A stretch of 64,000 nucleotides of DNA from Eledone cirrhosa. Its lineage: Eukaryota. Below are positions 36,794-49,245 of the stretch, piece by piece (the stretch's first letter is position 1; each line of letters begins with the position of its first letter). The stretch is from assembly GCA_964016885.1 (NCBI GenBank), contig OZ024742.1:242730001-242794000 (forward strand), written 5' to 3'. The translations under genes and the position numbers were made by a program. Under the pieces are notes generated by a model, which did not search any database, was not told where the DNA came from, and worked only from the letters and a program-made list of their open reading frames with translations.

Positions 36794-37160
36794 CGGTGAG
36801 TTGGCAGAATTGTTAGAGCTTTGGAGCTTAACCCTTTAATGTTCAAACCGGCCCAAACCTCTTTCTGTTGAAACTGGCTGTAACTGGTCGCTCAAACTGA
36901 TGTTAAGGTATTGTTCTCAAAATAAATACTTTCAAAATCTCATAGATTCGATATTATGTGAGATAATTATGTGCGGTAAAGCCTTTACCATAAAAATATA
37001 ATAGTATATCTAGAATAATGTGAATGCTAAAAGGTTAAATATCTCGGTAGTTGTTTCGGCTCACTGTGCGGTGAGTTCAAATCTCACTAAGATTAAACTA
37101 GCCTTTCATCCTTTCGAGACCGACAAATAAAGTATCAGTCCAATACAAAGGGTGGTTCTT
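36794..37160 (+). mobile_element. Old SINE family A copy interrupted by a MITE
   Basis: Head at 36794-36826; B box and core resume at 37040-37150. Confidence 0.65.
36828..37038. mobile_element. piggyBac-type MITE (TTAA target)
   Basis: TTAA-CCCTTTAATGTTC...GAATGCTAAAAGG-TTAA; relative at 59257-59457. Confidence 0.7.
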
Positions 37161-37544
37161 CTCCAATCACTCATTCTCTCTTTCTCTCTTTAGAACAAAT
37201 CCCCTTTGTTCCGACCTGGAAAATAATATGACTCTACTATCTTTTTCTTTTACATTCGTCGTCCTTGTAGAGCTCTTAAACTCTGATGCATCAGTAGCGT
37301 CGACATGAAAACATACGGCTTTTCTTGTGTATTTAAACCGTGTGTAACTCATTCCACTCTAACTTTCCCCATAGTCGACTTCTTCCAGGGAGAAGGTGAG
37401 AGTGGGAGAAGGAGAGAAACAATGCTAAAGAATACCCATAGTTTATTCTAACCGAAGCTTTAAAAATTCTGTCAATTCGCCATCTTGGATATGAAAATAA
37501 ATAAGTATGAAATTTACTCCATGCATAAATAAATATTTCGAATA

Positions 37545-37690
37545 AATAATGTTTTCTGATTTAGGCATAAGGCCAACAAATTTGGAGGAGGGGATGTCAA
37601 TTAAATCAACCCCAGTGCCTCACTAGTACTTCATGTTATCGACTCCATAAGGAAAAAAGGCAAAGCTAGCCTCGGCGGGATTTGGACTCA
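37545..37690 (-). mobile_element. SINE family A, diverged
   Basis: B box, core and tail on the minus strand. Confidence 0.75.
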
Positions 37691-38029
37691 TATTTCGAAT
37701 AAATAATATTCAATATTTGTATATCTTAAGCACACAACCTTTTATGTATTAAACGATGTAACTGGAAAATATATAACAATCACTTTAATAGGAAACTGAG
37801 CATTTTGAAATGCTGGTCATATTTATCTACTTTTTTCGACGTGATTCGTTTCGTCTGTTCCTGCGAATTTAGTGCAACCCAAACTACTATGAATAGAGAA
37901 CATGTTCTTTTAATTTTTTATTTAACCACTAGTTTCAACCATTAATCAACAGCCGTATGTATGCATATAAATATATATATATAAATATACGATATTAACA
38001 AATGGAAACTATATTTATAAAACCATATC

Positions 38030-38094
38030 TATTTTATTATACATATTTCAAGGATACCATGTTAAATTATGGTATGCCTTCATCAGACAAAATA
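38030..38094 (-). ncRNA. Type I hammerhead in a solo Naiad pseudo-LTR fragment (37990-38170)
   Basis: AUUUUGU-CUGAUGA-AGG.AUACCAU..AUGGUAUCCUU-GAAA-UAUGUA-UA-AUAAAAU. Confidence 0.8.
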
Positions 38095-38202
38095 CAATAT
38101 ATAGCAGTTTTATAAATAAACATTGACGTACCCTTTCAAAATGCAACCGTTACTTTTGGAAGACATCAGGATATATATATATATATATATATATGAATAT
38201 AT

Positions 38203-38248
<46 letters not shown>

Positions 38249-38251
<3 letters not shown>

Positions 38252-38354
38252 AAAAGGTATGATCCCGACGGCAGAGCCAAAGCCGTTTCGACGGCTATTT
38301 CTGGACTAAATTGGTGCGTTATGGTCCATCTGGTTCCTTACCGCAATTCCTTCG

Positions 38355-38397
<43 letters not shown>

Positions 38398-38513
38398 AAA
38401 ATGTTCAAGACCCCGACGGCAGAGCTCAGGCCGTTTCGACGGCTATTTCTGGACTAAGTATTGAGTACTCTGGTGCGTTATGGTCCACCTGGTTACTTAC
38501 CACACTTCCTTCG

Positions 38514-38516
<3 letters not shown>
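38249..38516. repeat. Two copies of a ~110-bp GC-rich unit separated by (TA)n; third inverted copy at 49115-49225
   Basis: Shared CCCGACGGC.GAGC, TTTCGAC.GCTA and TTATGGTCC..CTGGT..CTTACC. Confidence 0.8.
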
Positions 38517-38588
<72 letters not shown>

Positions 38589-38866
38589 AAAAATATGGGG
38601 AGAAGAATACTGCATGGTTGCACATGGATTACATGTTATAAAATGAGTCCCTCATCAGTGATTTGCCAACGATCATTGGTATTTCATCGCATTAAAAATC
38701 ATATACCTCACGTTGGTGCGACAATAACTAAAATAAGTTATTAGGACAATTGAAACGCGTAAAGCGAGTGAGACAAGTAAACAACACGGGGGAAAGTTAA
38801 CCGAAGATAGAAAGAAACACAAGCAACATGGTTATTCTGTCAGTATAAGCTGGGTGAATACATGTG

Positions 38867-38991
<125 letters not shown>

Positions 38992-39122
38992 GTGAGGGTT
39001 TTTTTACAAAATGAAAAATAACCGAGGTGTCCTACACGAGTGAAAGTATAAAGAAAAAGAGATGAAATCGAAAATGCAACTGGAGTCTTATTTATTTTTA
39101 AAATATATATATTTATTTGGTT

Positions 39123-39160
39123 CCTTTACCGGTTTCGCAATTCTTCTGCTTTTCAAAAGG
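39123..39160 (-). ncRNA. Decayed minimal hammerhead
   Basis: CCUU-UUGAAAA-GCA..UGC-GAAA-CCGG-UA-AAGG; stems intact, two core changes. Confidence 0.5.
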
Positions 39161-39244
39161 TGAGTTGAGATGGAGGGTCTGTGGTTTTTCTCACATCTAT
39201 ATATATATATATACATATAAATATAAATATATATATATATTATA

Positions 39245-39572
39245 TAAAATAAAGTTAAATAAAAGTCAAATGATTAAAATTTAGCTTCGTTTATTACTGC
39301 TATATATATTTCAGTGACAGCCATCTTTGGGTGTGACCTCTTCAGGCAGTTTGAATTAGTATGGTATAGACAAGTACATATGTTGTTTAGGTGTATAATA
39401 TTGTCAATACTCTGATATGCCCAGTTCCTTGTTGGGTTGTTATTTCACTATACCATACTAATTCAAACTGCCTGAAAAGGTCACAGCCAAAGATGGCTGT
39501 CACTGAAATATATATAGCAGTAATAAACGAAGCTAAATTTTAATCATTTGACTTTTATTTAACTTCATTTTA
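39245..39572. mobile_element. Small inverted-repeat element (arms 39245-39369 and 39448-39572), each arm carrying a hammerhead
   Basis: CUGC-CUGAAGA (minus) or CUGAAAA (plus)-stem II-GAAA-UAUAUA-UA-GCAG at 39297-39349 and 39468-39520. Confidence 0.8.
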
Positions 39573-39676
39573 CACTACTCCGGAGTAACCAAACCAACCT
39601 GCGCACTTCGTCGAGTGCTCCAGCCTGCATACTGAGATGTTGGTATACAACCAACATAAACTCAAAATCTATATAT

Positions 39677-39757
<81 letters not shown>

Positions 39758-40060
39758 TTATATGTATATATATGCAAAAGGCAAGCAGAAATAGCAAAGC
39801 AAATGACACAGTAAAATGAAGAATTATATATATATGTATACCCAGCAGAGGTCTCACGAGCTTTTTATTCCAGAGCCGGGCCATATCGATACAGATCGAA
39901 CCTTGAGTTGATCAATAACGAAACGCGCATTGCCAATCAATAAACGTAATGAAGGCTTAACAATCGTCCTTATAACATGAATGGACCTGTTATTTTTATC
40001 TAAAGACATTTTTTTCCAATTCTCACCCGTCTGTCCTTTCAATCTATCTTATTTCCAATT

Positions 40061-40099
40061 CTTTTTTCTGATGAAGGACTAGCGTCCGAAACGTTAAGA
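40061..40099 (+). ncRNA. Minimal type I hammerhead in probable PLE 3' fragment (39846-40175)
   Basis: CUGAUGA-A-GGAC uagc GUCC-GAAAC-G-UU-AAGA, with palindromic AACGUU. Confidence 0.75.
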
Positions 40100-40180
40100 C
40101 CCTCTTCCTGCTATTTCAAACGTTAACCGAATATATTCCTTTTATATTTTGTGTCGTTATTTCTGTTTACCTTTTACACA

Positions 40181-40306
<126 letters not shown>

Positions 40307-40322
40307 CGTGTGTGTACGACAG

Positions 40323-40374
<52 letters not shown>

Positions 40375-40784
40375 GACAAGCTTCCACTGAACCCGAAACC
40401 ATGTGGTTGCAAATCACACAGAGATATGACTGCACCTATTGTGCGCGCTTTTCCTTTTTTTCCTCTCCATTAATGAGTAGTAGACGCACGTAACACTAAT
40501 TAACGTCTGGAACAATTTTAATAGATTATTTTTCTTAATATACACCAGCTAATTCAATGTTCACAATGCTTTATAAAATTCATTCAAAATGGCAATTAAA
40601 AAAAAAGTAATAACGCCTGGTTAGTTTCAAACAGACACATCCTATTACCTGAATCAGGTTATAGGTTGTGTGTATCAAATGAGACAGGCTGAACGAGACA
40701 ATTGGAGTGGGGAACTGGCAATGATACTTTATGTGTACGCGTGTGTGTTTGTATGTCTAAACATATTAGCATGCACACACACAC

Positions 40785-40930
<146 letters not shown>

Positions 40931-40978
40931 GTGTGTGCGTGTGTGTGTGCGTGTGTCTATGAGTGGAAGAGAGAGAAG

Positions 40979-41200
40979 ACGCATGGCTTACTTGTTAGGG
41001 CGTTCGGATCAAGATCGTAAGGCTGTGAGTTTGATTTGCGGCAAGTGTTGAGTCTTTGTACAAGACACTTTATTTCTCGTTGCTTCAGTCCACTCAACTG
41101 GTAAAACATTAGCTGTAGGGGTAATTCAAAGGGTCAGCTCTGTCACACACTATGTCATATTGAATCAATATTAGAATTATATTATGGTTAAATGTGTCTG
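40979..41200 (+). mobile_element. tRNA-derived SINE family B (CORE-like), diverged
   Basis: GCATGGCTTA..GTTAGGG head; CAAGACACTTTATTTC.CGTTGCT core. Confidence 0.7.
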
Positions 41201-41398
41201 CGGAATGCTCAGCTTTATGCATGTTAATTTCACAAGCAGACAGTGCTGTTGATCCGACAACTAGAATATTTGCCGTCGGTAACACATGCACACACACACC
41301 ACGCACACATATACGGACACACATACGGACACACAACGAAGACATGTATGAAGCTATATATAAATGTATACATATATATATATATAATATATATATAT

Positions 41399-41441
<43 letters not shown>

Positions 41442-41494
41442 TATACATATATATATATATATATACATATATACATATATACAGTATATATATA

Positions 41495-41991
41495 TGTACA
41501 GCCACCGGAAATAACATCTGTGAAATATACAGCGCCATCTACCTCTTAGCTACCTACCGCAACGTGAAACAAAAGAACCCTTAAAAGCTACCAGAATAAA
41601 CGCCTACACACCGGCTAAACATCAAACGATTGTTTCTGTATAAATAGAGTGGTTCCAAACACTTCGCCAGTCGACTTTTGGCAGAGTCAGCTAGCGCGTC
41701 GTTGTTCCTCGCCTCTGCCACGCTTTGTCACTCACACGCCTTCTACCTTGTATCGTCGCTTCATGTGAAAATAAATAGCTGATCGAATTTACATCTCGCC
41801 TTGCTTCGTCCTTTCAACTTGTGCTTTCGTATGTCCATCCTCAACAGTACTTTTAAGGGCTATATGCGACAACAGTCCTTTTAAGGGCTATCTTCAGGTC
41901 TGATCAGACCGTATACGATAAGAGTCCTTCTAAGGGCTATTCTCGGATCTGATCAAAAGTAGTGACTAGACTGACTAACCACGTCGCTACA
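41495..41991 (+). promoter_or_regulatory. 5' LTR
   Basis: TGTA...TACA ends, TATAAAT near 41639, AATAAA near 41770; immediately precedes the PBS. The left boundary is uncertain. Confidence 0.7.
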
Positions 41992-41993
41992 AT

Positions 41994-42010
41994 TGGTGAC
42001 CCGAACGTGA
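41994..42010 (+). promoter_or_regulatory. Primer-binding site, tRNA-Trp-like
   Basis: TGGTGACCCGAACGTGA resembles the complement of the tRNA-Trp 3' end (TGGTGACCCCGACGTGA). Confidence 0.75.
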
Positions 42011-42050
42011 GTCGAGCGCGCAACCAAACAGCACCTAAGAAAATATCAAC

Positions 42051-42920
42051 ATGGACATGTCACAAACGACAGAGGCCGAAATACCAACCACACAAGCGGC
42101 GTTAACATTGAAAGTCCCCGTTTTTTGGTCCAACGACCCGACTCTGTGGTTCGCTCACATAGAAGCGCAATTCTCCGCGAACAGAATTAAGAGCGATTCT
42201 GCAAAGCTCACCTACATCATTGGGTCTGTCCCGACAGAAGTTTTGGCTGAGGTGAGGGACATCGTCATGGCACCGCTAGGCACGGTGTCATATGAATCAT
42301 TCCGCAAGGAATTGGTCAAGCGGACGACCGCGTCACAGCAGAGACGACTCAACCAACTCGTGTCCGCAGAAGAATTGGGGGACATAAAACCGTCCCAAAT
42401 ATTGCGAAAGATGAGACAGCTGATGGCGTACCAGCCGCTTTCAGAAGATCTGCTGAAACGGTTGTTCATACAGCGCTTGCCCTTATCGATGCAAGGCATT
42501 CTGGCATCGACTAACGAGTCAGCAACCCCGGAGGAACTGGCGAGTGTCGCAGATAAAATCGCTGAGGTATCAAACCCTTTTGCCTCAGTAGCACAGGTAG
42601 ATCGTCGGACGAACCCTTACGTAGCGTCCTCGGACTCCACCTCCGAGAATTCAGAGCTGCGGGCTATGATCAGAGAGCAGGCTGGTCAAATCAAAGCCCT
42701 ATCAAGCCAATTAGAAAGCCTGACCTTGCAAACACACCGGCGGCGCAGCAACAGTCGGTCCAGACCCTTTCACCGTCAAAGATCGAGAAGTCCCAGTCAA
42801 AATCGTGTGTCTGGCAACCTCTGCTGGTATCACGAAGAATTCGGCGCTCGGGCATCTAAGTGTAGGGCCCCGGGCTCTTTCCAGAATACCATGCAGGGAA
42901 ACGGGCAGACCAGGGCCTAG
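42051..42920 (+). CDS. gag: Gag protein
   Basis: LKVPVFWSNDPTLWFAHIEAQF N-terminus, RS-rich region and CWYH...FG..A.KC motif. Confidence 0.9.
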   Translation: MDMSQTTEAEIPTTQAALTLKVPVFWSNDPTLWFAHIEAQFSANRIKSDSAKLTYIIGSVPTEVLAEVRDIVMAPLGTVSYESFRKELVKRTTASQQRRLNQLVSAEELGDIKPSQILRKMRQLMAYQPLSEDLLKRLFIQRLPLSMQGILASTNESATPEELASVADKIAEVSNPFASVAQVDRRTNPYVASSDSTSENSELRAMIREQAGQIKALSSQLESLTLQTHRRRSNSRSRPFHRQRSRSPSQNRVSGNLCWYHEEFGARASKCRAPGSFQNTMQGNGQTRA

Positions 42921-45332
42921 CGACGACGTTCACCCCTGGTACTGAAAAGAAAAGTCGTCTATTTTTTATTAACGACCAGGCGATAGGCATCCGTTACCTC
43001 GTGGATACAGGAGCCCAGATTAGTGTTATTCCTGTTTCACTAATCTCGGGCAAAAGACACCCAACCCCGTCCTTTCGGGGGAAAATCCTTGACCCTCAAT
43101 TTACGCCTGAGGCGGCGTTTTCAATGGGTGTTCGTCGTAGCAGACCTGCCGACCCCGATCCTAGGAGCCGATTTTCTCCACCACTTCAACCTTCTGGTGG
43201 ATATGAAGAACCAGAGGCTTATTGACACCACCACAAACCTCACTGTGAGAGGTATATTTACGACGCAATCCACAGTGAGCCCTGTAATTTTCCAGTCAGA
43301 GCCTTCGCGGTACAACGGCATTCTCCAGAAATACCCAGACATCACTCGCCCGGCATTTAAGGATGGTCCCATTAAGCATAGTGTCACGCACCACATGGAG
43401 ACAAGGGGATCACCCACAGCTGCCCGACCAAGGAGACTGCCTCCAGACCGATTGAGAATCGCCAAGCAGGAGTTCCAACACATGCTGGACCTCGGAATCA
43501 TTCGCCCTTCCTCCAGCAACTGGTCTGCACCTCTACACCTTGTTCCAAAAAAAAACGAGAATGATTGGCGACCATGTGGGAATTATCGTGCACTTAACAA
43601 TTCTACAGTGCCCGATAATTACCCTGTACCTCACCTGCACGATTTTTCTTACTCTCTGCAAGGGGCACGCATCTTTTCCAAGGTAGATTTGGTGCGTGCA
43701 TATAACCAGATACCTATGGAGCCTGCAGACATTCCGAAGACCGCAATCACAACACCGTTCGGTTTATTCGAATTCCTGCGAATGCCGTTCGGTCTGCGCA
43801 ACGCTGCACCAACTTTTCAGCGGTTTATTGACACCGTGTTACGCGATCTGCCCTTCGTATACGCGTATATTGACGATGTGCTGGTAGCAAGTACTTCCGA
43901 GAATGAACACAAGAAGCACTTAGATCTCTTTTACCGACGTTTGGCTGAGTACGGTATCATCATCAACCCCAGCAAGTGCCTTCTCGGCGTTCCTTCACTG
44001 TCATTTCTCGGGCACATCATCGATAAAGACGGCATTCGTCCACTTCCCGAGAAAGTAGAAGCTATCCGCAGTTTTCCCGCACCTACATCACTTCGGAAAC
44101 TGCGTGAATTCCTCGGTCTGGTGAATTTTTATACGCGTTTTATCCCTCATTGTTCTGACGCAGCCAGACTCCTCACGGACCTTCTTCGTAACCGGACTTG
44201 CAAAAACGAAGAGATCACTCTAAACGAGGAAGAATTAACATCTTTTAACCGCCTGGAGGAAATGTTGGCAAACGCTTCCATGCTCGTTTTCCCCATGTCT
44301 GGCGCTCCTGTTTCGCTGCTAGTGGACGCATCAGACACGGGGGTTGGAGGCGTTTTACAACAACATGTCGACGGCGTGTGGCAACCCTTATCCTTCTTTT
44401 CTAAGCGGTTGCAACCGGCAGAAACGAAATACAGTACCTTTGGCCGCGAACTCTTGGCAACCTATCTTTCGGTTAAGCATTTTCGGCACATGCTCGAAGG
44501 ATCAGAGTTCGTGATCTACACGGACCATAAACCACTAGTTTATGCGTTCCGTACCAAACCTGATCGACATTCACCGAGAGAACTCCGACACCTGGATTTT
44601 GTCTCCCAATATTCAACTGATATTCAGCATATCAAGGGATCAGACAACGTAGCAGCCGACGCCCTGTCCCGAATCCAGCTGAACGCAATACATGTGCATT
44701 CAGGCATCGACCTTCAACAGATAGCAGCTGACCAAGAGACTGACGAAGAGTTTATCCAGCTCTGAGATTCGTCATCCCTCAAGTTTCAGCAAGTTCCCAT
44801 TCTCTCTTCTCCGGGACAAATTTGGTGCGACCTTTCTACCGGTCATGAACGACCGTACGTACCACAGATGCATCGTCGACAAGTTTTTTCTGCTTTACAT
44901 TGCTTGTCTCACCCGGGAATCCGGGCTACACAGAAACTCATCTCTGCTCGTTTTGAGTGGACTAACATTAACAAGGACGCGCGCGACTGGTCCAGGAGCT
45001 GCATTCCCTGCCAGAAAGCCAAAGTCCACAGACACATCAAAACTCCACTCGGCACATTCGCGCAACCTGATGCACGTTTTCATCATGTGCATATCGACAT
45101 CGTCGGACCGCTACCACCATCACATAACTACACACACTTGCTCACCTGCATAGATCGATTTTCTCGTTGGCCTGAGGCTTTTCCCATAAATGATACCTCA
45201 GCAGAAACAGTCGCTAAAACTTTGGTTTTACACTGGGTATCACGTTATGGCGCCCCAGCGAAGATAACAACGGACAGAGGACGCCAATTTGACTCACACC
45301 TCTTCAGAGAACTGACTCGCTTGTTAGGATGT
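42896..45332 (+). pseudogene. pol: Pol (protease DTG, RT YIDD, RNase H, integrase), disrupted
   Basis: LVDTGAQ; YIDD; DAS...DH; HHCC and HIDIVGP...TDRG. Frameshift/deletion near 43070, TGA at 44763, frameshift near 44870. Confidence 0.92.
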
Positions 45333-45505
45333 TTCGTTCTTTGTATCTTTACCCTTTCTAGCAGTCTCTCTCTCTCTCTGTTAGCCTCTTCCTCACCCTT
45401 CACTCACTCATTCTCTGTCACTACCTCTCCTCCTCCTCTTTCTTCCCGTTTGACCTGTCCGTAATTCTTTTCTCGCGCGCTCTTGGCCAAGCCGGTATGA
45501 ATTTT

Positions 45506-45559
<54 letters not shown>

Positions 45560-45929
45560 GCGACTTCACAGAACTTATGTTTACCGAATTCGCAGACGAG
45601 ACCCCTTCTTCCTCCCGTTAGACCTGTGCGAAATTCCTTCCTTGCTCACATTTCAACCAGGTTTGATGGTCTTTATTCTCTCGTTCACGATTTCACCGAA
45701 TTTATATTCATAGAAATCTGGGACTTGTCTCTTTCTTCATCACTTTCTGTTGCTTAAACCATTTTGTTTTTTTACCCTAGCGTCCCCTTTATTTATGTGT
45801 CCCAACGACTTTTTTTAGCCGTTGCTCGCACCAACCTGGGGTATATGGTCTTTAAAGCGATGAAATGCCTAGGGCGGTTGGAAGACCACTGATGAAGGAC
45901 AAACTTTTTCATATATAGATATATATGAA

Positions 45930-47350
45930 TTATAAGGACCTCCCATACCTCAACGGTGGTTTGTACCGCGATGATGCACTTCTACTTATAGAATATAAAA
46001 AATTCAATATAGAAAGAACTAGAAAAATATTGCACAAGACATTCAAAAACTTTAACCTTAGTATCACCATGGACAAAAACACTAAAAACGTTAACTTGCT
46101 AGACGCCACACTATACCTAGACTCAAAAATATATACACCTTTCCATAAGCCTAACGAAAAACTCATTTACGTGGATACCAAGTCTAATCACCCTAGATCA
46201 ATATTAAACTCTATTTCTAAGGGGGTATCCAATAGAATCTCTAATCTATCCTATGACGCAAACATATTTAGCAAAAACTCACAATATTATAATCAAGCAT
46301 TAGCTAGATCCGGCCATAATATAGAGATTGAGTTCCTACCTAAGAAAACACATAGCTACAACATCATCTCGCACAATATGTCCAAGAGGAAACCTAGTAA
46401 TATGAATAGCAACCACACACACACAAAAGCAGAGGGTGCCATCAAAAGTAACCATTACCACAGAAACTACCGTAGTACCTTAGGAGGAAACAACACACCA
46501 GACACTAAAAACAAAAATAGAAGAAGAAATAATACATTTTTCAACCCTCCTTTCAACCTAAACGTCTCCACCAACATACCTAGGGCTTTCTTCTCACTAC
46601 TAGATAAAAACTTCCCTCTAGGACACAAGTACCATAACCTTTTAAACAAAAACACTATTAAAATCTAATACTCTACGACGCCTAACTTAGCATACCACAT
46701 AGCTAGCAGCAATAAAAGTAAAATTAATTCTTACTTCCAACAAACGAAATCGCAACAGGAGGTAAACCTTCAATATACCTCTGTAGCAAGCAACCCTAAT
46801 AACGGCAGTAATAATAGAAATAACACTAGTATAAGCAATAACACCGGGGTCGACAACCCGAATGTCCAAAATCCTATAGCTACCACCCGGACTTCTGCAC
46901 AGCATGATAACCAGCAGACTAACACCCAGAATAATTGTAACTGTAGAGCAAATAGAACCTGCCCTTTAGATAAAAAATGCCTAACCAAGGATACCATATA
47001 CTCATGCACCGTCACAACTAGCAACTCTTCAGAAACCTATGTAGGCTCCACTTCTAACTGCTTCAAAATCAGATATAATTCGCACATCCACTCGTTCAAA
47101 AAACACAGTCTAGCCAGCTCCACCTCACTATCTAGCTACATACACTATCTAAAAACTAAAAATAAACCTTACACACTCAAATGGGAAGTGATAGGTAGCG
47201 CGACTTCGTACAAACCACCTAATAAATTTTGTAACCTCTGTATACTAGAGACCCACACTATTATCTTCTCTAACCGTAACCTACTTAACAAAAAATCTGA
47301 AGTTTGCAACTTGCCAGCACCGCTTCAGACATTCCTTCCAAAACTTTAAG
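45930..47350 (+). pseudogene. Naiad RT-GIY-YIG ORF fragment with stops
   Basis: ORF 45925-46668, continuing in frame past stops at 46666 and 46688. Confidence 0.88.
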
Positions 47351-48785
47351 CCCAATATACAGCAATGTCGGACTTGAACCAGACACCACCTCTAGCATCA
47401 AACACCAGGGGCACACCTTATACCACATCCCCACACTCATTGATCTAATATAACACTAATCGGGACATCCCTCTAGAACCCTTCGCAGTAGGAATACCCC
47501 TTTGTACTTCTACTTTAGGTGTGACTACATCCAGTTGCTTGAACTGCACTACACCACGTTATAGTTAATGTAAAATTTAAGCATTGAATTGATTGTTTTA
47601 TTGGTGCTATACGGAGGAAGTGTCATCGTTGGATAAATGGAAAACTAATTAATCTAGTAACGTTGATGAGCTGTACGACCGGTATGCTGAGTGCAGTGAA
47701 TGTATTGGAAGTGGCGTATGGGTTGTACATATATGTATGATTTGATGGTCAGATTAGTGACATGAGGAGTGTGGATTGACCTCTGAACTGCCCTGGTGAT
47801 GATTATCTTTCGACATCCAATATAGCATGCACTGACCCGGAACTTACCAGGGATCATTGTGTGTTGGAGTGATTCTGGAATCACCTTGCCTGGTTCTATG
47901 AGTAGACTTCAATCAGAGTGATCATTAATTTAGAAATCTCGCTCGTCGTGTATAATATTTATTTATGGCACTCTACGATGGAGGATAATCACCATAATAG
48001 GAACACCTTCAACACAGCTTAATAGACTACATTATAGTTAAAACACTTTAAATTTTTAGAAACTGCGCATAACCATATAAGTTAGGGACTATTTTGAGAC
48101 ACAATTTAATAGTTAGTAATAGAAACCACTGACTTACCTCCCTTCATGCATTAACTCCCCTTAGCCACACACACACTTCCGGGTAATATTTCGATGTCTA
48201 TTCTCGCAACGTAACAACCTCCTGTATTGAGCTAAAGAACATCAGACTACGATTCTCTAACTGGATTGTCAAACGCCCAATATCGAATCGTCGTGGATTA
48301 TGTGAGGGGCATATAATCTGAAAAATACGCTCCCCGGGCTATGAAAATGTCGCAGTGCATGAAATCCATATCATTGCTTCGCTACGCATTTCCAATATTT
48401 TTAATACTTACATTATTTTTAATACTTATATTATTTCTCCACGCACAGGCTATAACAATCATATAAAGAATTCATTACCAGATCAACCCCCTTAACACTC
48501 TTGATTACCTGCTTAAGTTCTTCTATTACACGTAACTCTCTGCCACACTATATAAACAAGACGCACGTGCTTGCCACACGTATAACCATTGCACTCTATA
48601 ACCGCTTAATTTCATGTTGTATTTTAACCTGTATTTTTTATTGTATCTTTTAATATGAATGTAATCTCTAAATGTGTACTGACACACTAAATGCTGTTAT
48701 AAATGTTGACCCACAATATTTGCATATGTATCTGTATGTCTCTTGGTTGAAAAGGAGGTCATATAAGTGTTCATTCAATAATAAA

Positions 48786-48835
48786 TTGGTCCGAAGAATC
48801 CAAACCTCAGTTTGGAGGAAACAGTTGTAAGCATA
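48786..48835 (+). ncRNA. Decayed hammerhead (CCGAAGA core)
   Basis: CCGAAGA-A-UCCAAAC cuca GUUUGGA-G-GAAA-CAGUUG-UA; stem I weak. Confidence 0.5.
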
Positions 48836-49034
48836 AAAATGTTTTGAACAGTTCTTTGATTCTTATAATTCATATAACTGCTCTGTAAATCATCTGATGT
48901 TATTACATTGAGCTATTTAACTTACTGGTAATAAGGTAGTAATATATTACTGCCTACCACTATTTAGGGTTTATAAAAATATATATAACTACAAAAGGTT
49001 TTTGTATTTGCATAACCATAAATAGTATACTTAA

Positions 49035-49114
<80 letters not shown>

Positions 49115-49245
49115 CAGAGAGGGTGTGGTAAGATACCAGGGGGACCATAACTCAATACTTGGGGTAGTTTGGATCTAGCTGTCGAAACCACCGGAGCTCA
49201 GCCGTCGGGGTGCTAAATCTTTTCATATATATATAGATAGATATT

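Larger units (their letters stand above)
41495..45332 (+). mobile_element. Ty3/gypsy (Mag-like) LTR retrotransposon, 3'-truncated in integrase, no 3' LTR
   Basis: LTR, PBS, gag, then PR-RT-RH-IN domain order. Confidence 0.93.
45930..48960 (+). mobile_element. Naiad-type Penelope-like element, 5'-truncated, with long 3' region
   Basis: GGLYRDDAL, FFNPPFN, CNCRANRTCPLDKKC, IYSC...YVGST, FCNLC..E, LNKKSE; decayed hammerhead at 48786-48835. The 3' boundary is uncertain. Confidence 0.8.

Noticed and set aside
47670-47720. UUGAUGA-stem-GAAU hammerhead-like motif
   Set aside because: Two core mismatches and no stem I or III.
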